Shown in pieces: positions 17,250-25,470 of a DNA stretch of 57,437 nt; the first letter of the stretch is position 1, and each line of letters begins with the position of its first letter. Below the pieces are notes generated by a model. It saw nothing but the letters and a program-made list of their open reading frames with translations, made no database searches and was not told where the DNA came from. Source of the stretch: Candidatus Thalassarchaeaceae archaeon (GTDB lineage: Archaea > Thermoplasmatota > Poseidoniia > MGIII > CG-Epi1); contig CAUZDT010000002.1 of assembly GCA_963578705.1 (NCBI GenBank), forward strand, positions 1-57,437, written 5' to 3'. The position numbers were made by a program, and so were the translations under genes.

Positions 17250-17899
17250 GTGAGTCGGAGCAGCAGCAGCCCCCGGCGATGGGCGGCATGTTCCTGACCA
17301 TGTTCCTGATGCTCTACATCATCATCAACCCCGGGCTGCGGGTGACGATGGGCGAGGTGGCCGAGACGCTGCTCGAGCCGCGCATCGGCTTCGACGGCGC
17401 ATACCCGGCGGTCACTATCCTGCTGGCGGGGATAGTGATGATTGGTGGCACGACCGTCATTCGCCACCTGCTGGTCGACTGGCAACAGATGGCCGAAGTG
17501 CAACTGAAAATGCAGGTGTACAACAAGGCGCTGAGCGAGGCTCGTAAGAGCGGGCAGCAGGCGCGGGTGCAGAAGCTGATGAAAATGCAACCGGAAGTGC
17601 TGATGCTCCAGTCGGGGATGATGTCCAACCAGATGCGCCCGATGGTTTTCACGATGCTGATTGCGATTCCCATCATCATGTGGCTCTACGAGTTCACGGC
17701 GGGACTGCCGGTGCAGGCGCTCTCGCTACCGTGGGAACCCCATTGGGAATTGCAGGAGCGGCTCTGGATCCTGCCGCACTGGATCGTGATCTACTCCGTA
17801 ATGGCGCTGCCGTTCGGCCAGATCCTGCTGCGCGGGCTGAAGCTGGCGAGCGCATTGCCGCAGCTGCGCTTCGGGCGGCTGGAAGCCGAGCACGAATAG
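17246..17899 (+). CDS. DUF106/EMC3-TMCO1-like membrane protein (archaeal Oxa1/YidC-superfamily insertase candidate)
   Basis: 217 aa. GTGA junction with adkA. TM1, then a basic coiled coil (KMQVYNKALSEARKSGQQARVQKLMKMQPEVL), then further TMs. This is the usual archaeal neighbour of adkA. Confidence 0.7.
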   Translation: MSESEQQQPPAMGGMFLTMFLMLYIIINPGLRVTMGEVAETLLEPRIGFDGAYPAVTILLAGIVMIGGTTVIRHLLVDWQQMAEVQLKMQVYNKALSEARKSGQQARVQKLMKMQPEVLMLQSGMMSNQMRPMVFTMLIAIPIIMWLYEFTAGLPVQALSLPWEPHWELQERLWILPHWIVIYSVMALPFGQILLRGLKLASALPQLRFGRLEAEHE

Positions 17900-17917
17900 C
17901 TGGGGGGCGCGATTATA

Positions 17918-18499
17918 TCAACCGGAAACGGAGACGGTGAGCGAAAGCCGCTCCACTCGCAGGATTTCGCCATCGAAATTATGCTCGCCGAACCGCTCGC
18001 GTTCCCAGCCCTCCGGCAGCTCACCCATCAAGCTCGAGAGCAGCAGCCACACCCCGCCGCCCGGCCGCAGGTGGCGCGGCGCCCCGGTGAGCAGCCGCTG
18101 AGTGAACTCGCCGCCGGTCGGGCCGCCTTCGACCGCCAGCGCCAGCCAATCGTCGCCGTATTCACCGCCCGGCGGTAGGTAGGGCGGGTTGCAAACAATG
18201 GCATCGAAGCGGCGGTCGCCGACCGGCTCGAACAGGTCACCTTGCGGGAATTCGATTGCGGCCCCCTGCTCCCGGGCGTTGCGGCGCGCCAGCGCGATAG
18301 CGTGCGGATTCAGGTCGGTTGCGGTGACCGCCGCCCCGAGCGCGGCGAGCGTGAGTGCGACGATGCCGGTGCCGGTGCCCAGCTCCAGGACGGCGGCGCG
18401 CAGCTCGGGGAAGCGCGGCGCCGCGTGCTCGAGCGTGGCGCAGAGCAGCCAGCTGTCCTCGGCCGGCTCGTAGACGCGGTCGTCCTTGTGAAGGCGCAC
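17918..18499 (-). CDS. HemK/PrmC/Mtq2-family N5-glutamine (protein) methyltransferase
   Basis: 193 aa, GTG start. SAM-binding motif VLELGTGTGIVAL and catalytic IVCNPPYLP (NPPY). Confidence 0.7.
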   Translation of the reverse strand: MRLHKDDRVYEPAEDSWLLCATLEHAAPRFPELRAAVLELGTGTGIVALTLAALGAAVTATDLNPHAIALARRNAREQGAAIEFPQGDLFEPVGDRRFDAIVCNPPYLPPGGEYGDDWLALAVEGGPTGGEFTQRLLTGAPRHLRPGGGVWLLLSSLMGELPEGWERERFGEHNFDGEILRVERLSLTVSVSG

Positions 18500-18511
18500 G
18501 GCGCGGCAGCG

Positions 18512-18527
18512 GTATAGTTATATAACC
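18512..18527. promoter_or_regulatory. bidirectional TATA region between the divergent HemK-like and RHH::PIG-L genes
   Basis: gtatagttatataacc lies ~20-28 nt from both start codons (GTG 18499 on the minus strand, ATG 18548 on the plus strand). This is consistent with leaderless transcripts. Confidence 0.4.
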
Positions 18528-18547
18528 AATTGTGCAGGGCTATAGTA

Positions 18548-19318
18548 ATGGCCTGGAAGAAAGAGAACAAGCCGGCGCAGTTCCTGCTCTCGATTACCGC
18601 AGCGCACGGCGACGACTGGGCAGCGCTCAAGGCGCTGGCTACCGAACAGGACCGGCCGGTCAGCGAGCTGGTGCGCGAAGCGATTTCCGACAAGGTCGGC
18701 GCGGGCGAGCCGCGCCGTGCGCTGGTGCTGAGCCCGCACACCGACGACGCCGAGCTGGGGTGCGGCGGGACGATTGCCAAACTAGTCGAGCGCGGCTGGT
18801 CGGTGCACGTCATCTACTTCAGCGCGGTCGCCGAGCGGTATCCCGACCTAGCGGCTGAAGCCGCGGCGTCGGGGAAAATCATGGGCGTCACGCATGAAAT
18901 CCTTGATTTCTACACCCGCCAGTTCCCGCGCGACCGGCAGGAAATACTGCAGATACTCTACGACCATTCGCGCCTGCACAGCTACGAACTCGTGTTTACA
19001 CCGGCGACGACTGACATCCACCAAGATCATGGCGTCGTGACCGCCGAGGCGCTACGCGCCTTCCGGAATTGCACGCTGCTCGGCTACGAGCTGCCGTGGA
19101 ATAATCTCGAAATCGAGCTCAACTGCTTCGTCTCGCTCGAGGAGCGACACGTGCGCAAGAAGCTCAAGGCACTCGACAGTTACAACAGCCAGAAGCACAA
19201 TCCCTACTTCGACCCCAAATTCTTCCGCTCCGTGGTCCGCATGCGCGGGGTCCAGCTCGCGGTGCCGTATGCCGAAGGCTTCGAGACGCTGAAGGTGCGG
19301 CTGGACGGCATGCTGTGA
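18548..19318 (+). CDS. RHH (CopG-like) domain fused to PIG-L/LmbE-family N-acetylglucosaminyl deacetylase
   Basis: ORF 18530.. trimmed to ATG 18548. The N-terminus KPAQFLLSITAAHGDDWAALKALATEQDRPVSELVREAISDKV has a strand-helix-helix pattern. It is followed by VLSPHTDDAELGCGGTIAKL and HQDH, which are LmbE motifs. Confidence 0.8.
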   Translation: MAWKKENKPAQFLLSITAAHGDDWAALKALATEQDRPVSELVREAISDKVGAGEPRRALVLSPHTDDAELGCGGTIAKLVERGWSVHVIYFSAVAERYPDLAAEAAASGKIMGVTHEILDFYTRQFPRDRQEILQILYDHSRLHSYELVFTPATTDIHQDHGVVTAEALRAFRNCTLLGYELPWNNLEIELNCFVSLEERHVRKKLKALDSYNSQKHNPYFDPKFFRSVVRMRGVQLAVPYAEGFETLKVRLDGML

Positions 19319-20463
19319 GCCGGGTCGTGATGCTGCTAGGGCACGACCTGCTCGAGCCGACGGTTGACACTCGCGCCTGGCGCGAGGCGCTCTCGCTCGT
19401 CGGCGCCGGCTACGAAGTGACTGTTTTCTGCTGGGCACGGCGCGACGACTCGTTGCCGACCGAGGAGCTGCGCGACGGCGTCCGCGTGCGCCGCATCTTT
19501 GCGGCGCTCGACGGCTGGCTACCGGGGCGCATGCTGGCGTTCCGCAGCGCGATGCGACAGCTGGCCGAAGCGGCCGCCGACGAGCTGCCAGCAGTGGTGC
19601 ACGCGCACGACCTGGAGACGCTGCCGGCCGCCTGCCGGGCGGCTGACGCATGCGGCGCGAAGGTCGTCTTCGATGCGCACGAGGACTGGCCGCTACTCGA
19701 GCGGGTGCAGGGGGCGGCGCTCGGCGCCTGGTTCGGCTGGCAGCAGCGTCGCTGGCTGCCGCGCGCCGATACCGTCGTGACCGTCTCGCCCGAGCTGGCG
19801 AAGCGGCTCGGTGGGGCGGAGGTGCTCTACAACTCCGAGCCGCTGGCGGTCGTCGAGGCGCCCGCGGGGGAGGACTTGCGCGCGACGCTGGGGCTCGGTG
19901 GGGTCGTCGCGGGCTACATCGGCGCGCTGCGGCGGCGAATTATCGAGCAGTTGCTCGACGCCGCCGCGCAAGTCCCGGAGGTCACGATGCTGGTTGTCGG
20001 CGGCCCGCCGAAGGGGCGCGCCGGCTATGCCGGGCTGCAGGAGCAGCTCGAAACGTATGCAGCCGCGGCGGGTGCGAAGGCGGTCTTCACCGGCCCGCTG
20101 GCGTACGGCCGCATGGGCGACTGCTACCGCGCCTGCGACCTGCTGCTGGTCGGCCACTACGTCGCCGAGCCGTTGCGACACGCCGCCGTCCCGAAGAAGC
20201 TGCTCGATGCGATGGCGTACGCTGTCCCGGCCGTGGTTGGTCCCTATGATGCGCGGCGCGTGATTGTCGAGCGACACCGCTGCGGGATTGTTGCTAAGGA
20301 CTGGGTGGCACCGTTGCTTAAGCTGGCCGGAGACGTGAATCTGCGGCGGGAAATGGGTGCAAGTGGCCATGCGGCGTGGCGTAGTGAATACTGCTGGGAT
20401 CGCATGGAGGAACGGTTGCTGACGCTCTACGCGGGGATGCTGGCAGCACCGGGGGTGCCATGA
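19315..20463 (+). CDS. GT4-family (GT-B) glycosyltransferase
   Basis: 382 aa. GTGA junction with the deacetylase. Two Rossmann halves with a C-terminal ...VPKKLLDAMAYAVPAVV... (E-x7-E-like region). Confidence 0.75.
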   Translation: MSRVVMLLGHDLLEPTVDTRAWREALSLVGAGYEVTVFCWARRDDSLPTEELRDGVRVRRIFAALDGWLPGRMLAFRSAMRQLAEAAADELPAVVHAHDLETLPAACRAADACGAKVVFDAHEDWPLLERVQGAALGAWFGWQQRRWLPRADTVVTVSPELAKRLGGAEVLYNSEPLAVVEAPAGEDLRATLGLGGVVAGYIGALRRRIIEQLLDAAAQVPEVTMLVVGGPPKGRAGYAGLQEQLETYAAAAGAKAVFTGPLAYGRMGDCYRACDLLLVGHYVAEPLRHAAVPKKLLDAMAYAVPAVVGPYDARRVIVERHRCGIVAKDWVAPLLKLAGDVNLRREMGASGHAAWRSEYCWDRMEERLLTLYAGMLAAPGVP

Positions 20464-20488
20464 ATAACCCGGTGGTATTGGGGAGTCA

Positions 20489-21505
20489 ATGCGCATCCTG
20501 CTGACGGGGGTCGGCTGCCCCGGCGCGCACGCTCTGATTACCAATCTCCAGCTGCAGTCGCCCGAACTCTGGATTGGCGGCACCGACGCTTCCCGTCAGG
20601 CGATTGGCCGCTGGCTCTGCGACGACTTCGCGCAGGTGCCGTGGGCGCACGACGAGGGATACGTCGACGCCGTCGTCAAGCTGGCACGACGCTGGGAGGT
20701 CGAGGTGGTATTCCCGCAGACGTCGTGGGAAATGTTCGAGCTCTCGAAAGCAGCGGACCGCTTCGAAGGTGTGGCGACGCTGCTGGCGTCGCCACACGAA
20801 TGGGTCGCCGCGTGCGAGGACAAATTCGTGATGTATGAAGCCCTGAAGGGCAAAATGGAGCTGCCGCGCTACGAACTGGTCCACTCGCTGGCGGAGCTCG
20901 AGGCGGCCGCTGCGCGGCTTGGGTTCCCGGAACGCGATGTCGTCTTCAAACCGCCGCGCGGCAAGGGCTCGCGCGGCGTGCGGGTGCTGACCGAGCACGC
21001 TGACCGTGACCGCTACGAGCTGCTCTTCGAGGGGCGGCCGTTCGCGCGCTACATCTCGCTACAGGAGCTGCGCACAACCGTTGGCGACCGCGAAATTCCG
21101 CCGCTGCTGGTGATGGAATTCCTCGACGGGGAGGAGCACAAAATTGACCCGCTTGCACGCAGCGGTGAGGTGCTGCTCGGGACGGTCAAGCGGCGGCTCA
21201 ACTACGCTTCCGGCCTGGCAATGGGGTTCGAGATGATCGAGGCGCCGGAGCTGCTCGCATACGGCACCGAGGTGCTGCGCCACATCCCGCTCGACTGGTG
21301 CGTTGACATCTCGACCCGCGGCGGGGTGCTGATGGAAATCAACCCGCGCGTCTCGACCTTCATCTATGGCGAGGAGTGGTGCCCGCCCTGGCTGGCGTTG
21401 CATCTCGCGACCGACCGCATCAGCGACGCTGAGGTGCGTGCGCGGCAGCCCGATGCGCCGGTTGGGACGCGTATGTTCCGCTATTACTGCCAGCAGGAAT
21501 TCTGA
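20489..21505 (+). CDS. ATP-grasp domain ligase
   Basis: 338 aa. MRILLTGVG pre-ATP-grasp domain, DVVFKPPRGKGSRGVRVL, LLVMEFLDGEE, MEINPR. The pattern resembles carbamoyl-phosphate-synthase-L/PylC-like ATP-grasp enzymes. Confidence 0.65.
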   Translation: MRILLTGVGCPGAHALITNLQLQSPELWIGGTDASRQAIGRWLCDDFAQVPWAHDEGYVDAVVKLARRWEVEVVFPQTSWEMFELSKAADRFEGVATLLASPHEWVAACEDKFVMYEALKGKMELPRYELVHSLAELEAAAARLGFPERDVVFKPPRGKGSRGVRVLTEHADRDRYELLFEGRPFARYISLQELRTTVGDREIPPLLVMEFLDGEEHKIDPLARSGEVLLGTVKRRLNYASGLAMGFEMIEAPELLAYGTEVLRHIPLDWCVDISTRGGVLMEINPRVSTFIYGEEWCPPWLALHLATDRISDAEVRARQPDAPVGTRMFRYYCQQEF

Positions 21506-21544
21506 CCCCGTTAACGGTAATAGCCACCCCTGAATCGCGGCGCG

Positions 21545-22387
21545 ATGTTCATCGTCAGCGGCTCCACCCACCAGCGGCTCGGGGTCGCGCTGGCGCAGGA
21601 AACTGGCGCCGAGTTTTGCGGTGTGGTAAACAAGGCGTATCCCGACGGGGAGCGCTATGTTCGCATCCTGCGGCGGGTGAGCGGGAGCGATGTGGTGGTT
21701 ATCCAGAACACTTTCCCCGACGAGAAAATTGTCGAACTGCTGCTGCTGCTCGAGGCCATCCACGAAGCTGGCGCCGCGTCGGTGACGACCGTTATCCCCT
21801 ACATGGGCTACGCACGGCAGGAGCGCATCTTCCAAGAGGGTGAGGGCGTCTCCGCCCGCGCCGTGGCGCGCCCCATCGGGATGCGCAGTGATCGCGTCCT
21901 GACCGTCTCGGTCCACACGCCAGAAGTGCTCGACTTCTTCGGCTGCCCTGCCGAGGATATCGACGGGCTGCGCGAGGTAGTCCACTATCTGAAGGGCTTC
22001 ACGCCGGGGCTGGTGGTCGCACCCGATGAGGGGGCGCGCGAACGGTGCTCCATCGCCGCCAAAGAGCTGAAGGCGCCGCTACACATCATGTCGAAGACCC
22101 GGCTGGACGACCGTACGGTCGAGACCGATTCGGGCAAGGTTTCAGTCAAGGGGCAGACCGTCGTAATCCTCGACGACATCATCGCCACCGGCGGGACTAT
22201 TGCGTCGTCGGCGCTGCTACTCAAGGACTGGGGCGCCAGCCAGGTGCTGGCGGCGTGCACCCACGGGCTGTTCATCGAGGACGCCGCCAACCGGCTGCGG
22301 GTCTGCGACGACATCCTCAGCTCCGACACGCTCGAGGGCGTCTACACCCGCTACTCGGTCGCGCCCGCCATCGCCGCTGCGCTCTGA
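21545..22387 (+). CDS. prs: ribose-phosphate pyrophosphokinase
   Basis: 280 aa. ...YMGYARQER... and the PRPP loop VVILDDIIATGGT. Confidence 0.9.
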   Translation: MFIVSGSTHQRLGVALAQETGAEFCGVVNKAYPDGERYVRILRRVSGSDVVVIQNTFPDEKIVELLLLLEAIHEAGAASVTTVIPYMGYARQERIFQEGEGVSARAVARPIGMRSDRVLTVSVHTPEVLDFFGCPAEDIDGLREVVHYLKGFTPGLVVAPDEGARERCSIAAKELKAPLHIMSKTRLDDRTVETDSGKVSVKGQTVVILDDIIATGGTIASSALLLKDWGASQVLAACTHGLFIEDAANRLRVCDDILSSDTLEGVYTRYSVAPAIAAAL

Positions 22388-23403
22388 TGCGCTGGGCCGG
22401 CCCACTCCTTACGCAGAGTGGCTTCGTCGAGGGGTGGTTCGACCCGGACAGCGGCAAAGAGGGTGAGGGCCCCCCGCACGGCGATGCGCTGGAAGGGCTC
22501 ATCCTGCCGCCGTTCCATAACTGCCATGCTCACCTCGGCGACACGCTGGCGCGCGCTGAAGCGCCCGAAGCGCCGCTGGCGGAGCTGGTCGGCCCGGGCA
22601 GCTTCAAGCACCGCTGGCTCGAAGCGGCCGACGTGCCCGCCTCGATTGCTGCCGGGCTGCGCGAGGCGGCCGCCAGTGGCACCGCGCTGCTGCTCGACTT
22701 CCGCGAGGGGGGTGAAGCGGGTCTCGCACATCTGGCGCAAGGCGCTGACGCTGCCGGCTGGAGCGTCGACGAGGGGGCGCCACAGGTGGTCCCGTTCGGC
22801 CGCGCCGTCGGGGGGCGGCCGCTGCCGGGCCGCCATGTGGGGCTGCCCGGACTCGCGGATATGCCAGCCGGCGCGGGACACCGCATGGCCATCGAGGCGC
22901 GCACCGCCGGGGGGCTGGTGGCGCTCCACTTCTCGGAGGGCGAGCGCGAATCGGTTACGCGCATGCTCGAGCTCGGGCCGGACATCCTAGTGCACCTCTG
23001 CTGCGCCAGCGCGGAAGACTTGCGTGGTGTGGCGGACGCCGGTATCGGCGTCGTCGTCTGCCCGCGTAGCAACGCACGTTTCGGCCTGCGGCCGCCGCTA
23101 GAGGAGCTGCTGGAGCTGGGGGTTGATGTTGGTTTGGGAACCGACAACGGCATGTTCTGCGCACTCGATATGCTGGCGGAACTGCGCTTCTGCCGCAAAG
23201 CGTACCCCACTATCGGGCCGGAAACGCTGCTGCGGCTCGCCTGTCGGGGACTGGATGAAACCCTTAAGAAGGCTGAAAAGTGCGGCCGGTGCAGCCCCCT
23301 GCCGGTAGGGAGGGTACTGGTTTCGCAGCACAGGACTGACCCGCTGGAGGCAGTATTCGACGCGCGGGCGAGGGTGCTGGAAATGAGGTCTGGATGCGAA
23401 TAA
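22387..23403 (+). CDS. metal-dependent amidohydrolase (chlorohydrolase/nucleoside-deaminase-like)
   Basis: ORF 22045.. trimmed to ATG 22387 (TGATG junction with prs). The HxH motif is PPFHNCHAHLGD. Later motifs are ...VHLCCAS... and ...GLGTDNG. Confidence 0.65.
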   Translation: MRWAGPLLTQSGFVEGWFDPDSGKEGEGPPHGDALEGLILPPFHNCHAHLGDTLARAEAPEAPLAELVGPGSFKHRWLEAADVPASIAAGLREAAASGTALLLDFREGGEAGLAHLAQGADAAGWSVDEGAPQVVPFGRAVGGRPLPGRHVGLPGLADMPAGAGHRMAIEARTAGGLVALHFSEGERESVTRMLELGPDILVHLCCASAEDLRGVADAGIGVVVCPRSNARFGLRPPLEELLELGVDVGLGTDNGMFCALDMLAELRFCRKAYPTIGPETLLRLACRGLDETLKKAEKCGRCSPLPVGRVLVSQHRTDPLEAVFDARARVLEMRSGCE

Positions 23404-23411
23404 GACAGGTA

Positions 23412-23608
23412 ATGACGAGCCCGGTCATCTGCGCCGAGGTACCGGGTAACCGTACCGACGTGCTGCACCTGATGATCAGGCATCACACCTCGGGAGTCCC
23501 GGTCGTCAGAGAGGGGACTATGGACAGGTCCCACTGGTTGACGCTGGGGGGAAGCTGACTGGGATGATTTACTGCCAGGACCTCCTGAAGGTGCTCCTGT
23601 CGGCATGA
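23412..23608 (+). pseudogene. single CBS-domain gene split over two frames (frameshift, assembly error or recoding)
   Basis: Frame from ATG 23412 reads MTSPVICAEVPGNRTDVLHLMIRHHTSGVPVVREGT... and stops at TGA 23556. The -1 frame reads ...VPLVDAGGKLTGMIYCQDLLKVLLSA*, ending at TGA 23606-23608, which overlaps the glyS ATG. That second frame has no start of its own. The switch must lie between the G4 run (23513-16) and the G6 run (23546-51). Confidence 0.6.
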
Positions 23609-25194
23609 ACTTCAGGGAGGTGATGGCGCTCGCCAAGCGGCGAGGAATCTTCCAGCCCGCCTACGAACCCTATGGTGGCGTTGCCGGGCTGCTCGATTAT
23701 GGCCCCATAGGGGTGCGGATACGCCGCAAAATTCTCGAGCTCTGGCGCCAGCAGTTCGTAATCGAAACCAGTGCGCTCGAGTTGGAGGGTGCTACTATTG
23801 GCCCGGAAGCACTTTTCCAGGCGTCGGGCCATCTTTCAGAGTTTGATGACCTGCTGGTAGAATGCAAGGAGTGTAAGAAACTGCACCGGGCGGACCATCT
23901 TGTCGAAGGTGGCGACACTCTCGATAAAGAGGCTCTCATCGCCGAAGTTGCAAATATTGTATGTGGATGCGGCGGCGCACTAGGCACACCCCGCCCTTTC
24001 AACCTGATGTTCGCAACCTCGATTGGTGCCGGGCGCGGCACGGTTGGATACCTGCGACCGGAAACTGCGCAGGGCATCTTCCAGGCTTTCCCATGGCTCC
24101 TGCGCCAGAACCGGGGGAAACTGCCGCTCGCGGCGGCGCAAATCGGCCGCGCATTCCGCAATGAAATCGCCCCGCGTCAGGGGCCGTTACGATTGCGGGA
24201 GTTCACCCAGATGGAGGTGGAATCGTTCTTCCTACTGGGCGCTGAACCGGCTTTGTCGGCAGGCATTGGTGAGGTGGTGGTTTCGCTACTACCTGCTGGT
24301 GGTGATGTTGTTGAAGCTCCCGCCAGCGAGGCGCTCGCGAGGGGGATTATTGCATCACCCCAGGTAGCCACGTGGCTGGCGCGTAGCTGCAGATTCATCC
24401 TTGCTTGTGGGGTACCTCCTGCGAAGCTCAGGTTCCGGCAGCACAACCAGTACGAGATGGCGCACTACTCATCAGATTGCTGGGATGGAGAGGTGGAAAC
24501 TTCTGTAGGGTGGGTTGAGGTAGTCGGAATCGCGCATCGCGGTGACTACGACCTCAGGGCACACACAGCCGCCAGCGGCCGCGAGATGCGCGTTCCTGTG
24601 GATGGAGAGTCGCGGCAAGTCGAGCGTTGGGTTCCGAACAAAGGGGCCATCGGTAAGAAATTCAAGTCTGTGGCTGGTGATGTGCTGGAACAACTGGATG
24701 ATTCTGCTGCGCCTGGAGTGTTGGTTGAGGTCACTGGAAAGAAAATCGAACTGGGCGAAGATTGTTTCACGCAAGAAACAACAACCGAGCAGGAAATGGC
24801 TTTCCCGCAAGTGGTCGAGCCTTCGTTCGGACTGGACCGTTTACTCTATGTTGTGCTGGAAACCACATGGCAGTCTGAAGGTGAACGAGGTTGGTTGGCT
24901 CTACCGGAAGCGATCGGTCCCTACTCTGCACTCGTCGCCCCATTGATGGTAAAGGACGGTATGGGGGATCGAGCTGAGGAAATATGCACAGAGCTGCACC
25001 AGAATGGAATGGATGTTTATCTCGATGTAGCTGGCTCCATCGGCCGCCGCTATGCACGCGCCGATGAGATCGGCGTGCCGCTGGCGATAACAGTAGACCA
25101 CCAGACGCTGGAAGATGGAAGCATTACCGTGCGCGAGCGCGACACAACCAGACAAGAACGGAAGCGCATTGAAGACGGTTGGCCCGTAACGTGA
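23605..25194 (+). CDS. glyS: glycyl-tRNA synthetase (archaeal/eukaryotic-type class II)
   Basis: 529 aa. ...YGGVAGLLDYGPIG...YLRPETAQGIFQAF...GRAFRNEIAPRQGPLRLREFTQMEVESF... Confidence 0.9.
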   Translation: MNFREVMALAKRRGIFQPAYEPYGGVAGLLDYGPIGVRIRRKILELWRQQFVIETSALELEGATIGPEALFQASGHLSEFDDLLVECKECKKLHRADHLVEGGDTLDKEALIAEVANIVCGCGGALGTPRPFNLMFATSIGAGRGTVGYLRPETAQGIFQAFPWLLRQNRGKLPLAAAQIGRAFRNEIAPRQGPLRLREFTQMEVESFFLLGAEPALSAGIGEVVVSLLPAGGDVVEAPASEALARGIIASPQVATWLARSCRFILACGVPPAKLRFRQHNQYEMAHYSSDCWDGEVETSVGWVEVVGIAHRGDYDLRAHTAASGREMRVPVDGESRQVERWVPNKGAIGKKFKSVAGDVLEQLDDSAAPGVLVEVTGKKIELGEDCFTQETTTEQEMAFPQVVEPSFGLDRLLYVVLETTWQSEGERGWLALPEAIGPYSALVAPLMVKDGMGDRAEEICTELHQNGMDVYLDVAGSIGRRYARADEIGVPLAITVDHQTLEDGSITVRERDTTRQERKRIEDGWPVT

Positions 25195-25280
25195 CGCTGC
25201 AGTCTTCTGGCCGCGAGCGGGGCTTTGGCCCGGCGGATAGAAAAGAATTTGAGCGGGAACGCGTGCGGTTTTCTGGCCGG

Positions 25281-25304
25281 GGCCCCCTCTGTTTCCTCTG
25301 GAAC
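25281..25304 (-). promoter_or_regulatory. ORB-like origin recognition box (left copy)
   Basis: Minus-strand reading is 5'-GTTCCAGAGGAAACAGAGGGGGCC-3', i.e. dyad TTCCA-N3-GGAAA, a 4-nt spacer, then a G-string. The alternative reading is a glyS terminator hairpin (GTTTCC-tct-GGAAC) followed by oligo-T. Confidence 0.4.
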
Positions 25305-25374
25305 TTTTATTTTTTGTTCGACGGGCTGTTATAATATTCTTTTCCTCAATAAAGATATAAATTAAAAGAAAATA
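25305..25374. other. AT-rich ~70-bp core (candidate DNA unwinding element; its 5' part, ttttatttttt, is also an oligo-T terminator for glyS)
   Basis: ttttattttttgttcgacgggctgttataatattcttttcctcaataaagatataaattaaaagaaaata is by far the most AT-rich stretch in this part of a high-GC window. It is bracketed by inverted ORB-like boxes. Confidence 0.4.
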
Positions 25375-25396
25375 TTTCCACTCGAAATCAAGGGGT
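25375..25396 (+). promoter_or_regulatory. ORB-like origin recognition box (right copy, inverted relative to left)
   Basis: 5'-TTTCCACTCGAAATCAAGGGGT-3' shares TTCCA-N3-GAAA-N3-A-GGGG with the left box at identical spacing (15 of 22 positions identical). Confidence 0.35.
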
Positions 25397-25420
25397 CTCC
25401 CTAGTCTTTCCTACGTTTGT

Positions 25421-25470
25421 CTTTATTGTGCCCATGGTCTCTTTGGTGTTGGTTTTATTGTTGAATGGCG
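25421..25470 (+). repeat. G/T-rich arm of an imperfect long inverted repeat
   Basis: ...TTTATTgtgcccATGGtctctttgGTGTTGGTTttaTTGTTGAatgg. The core at 25445-25464 matches the reverse complement of 25753-25773 (GTGTTGGTTgtgggTTGTTGA). Confidence 0.5.

Noticed and set aside
22530-23636. 368-aa antisense ORF, plus similar long antisense ORFs in the track: 36017..37207, 49374..50708, 19693..20583, 21059..21985, 14516..15370, 1070..1831, 9080..9850, 44579..45250, 45752..46684
   Set aside because: Each lies opposite a gene with strong family motifs. Their translations are Arg/Ala/Pro/Gly-rich low-complexity strings typical of stop-poor shadow frames in high-GC DNA. None shows a recognisable domain.
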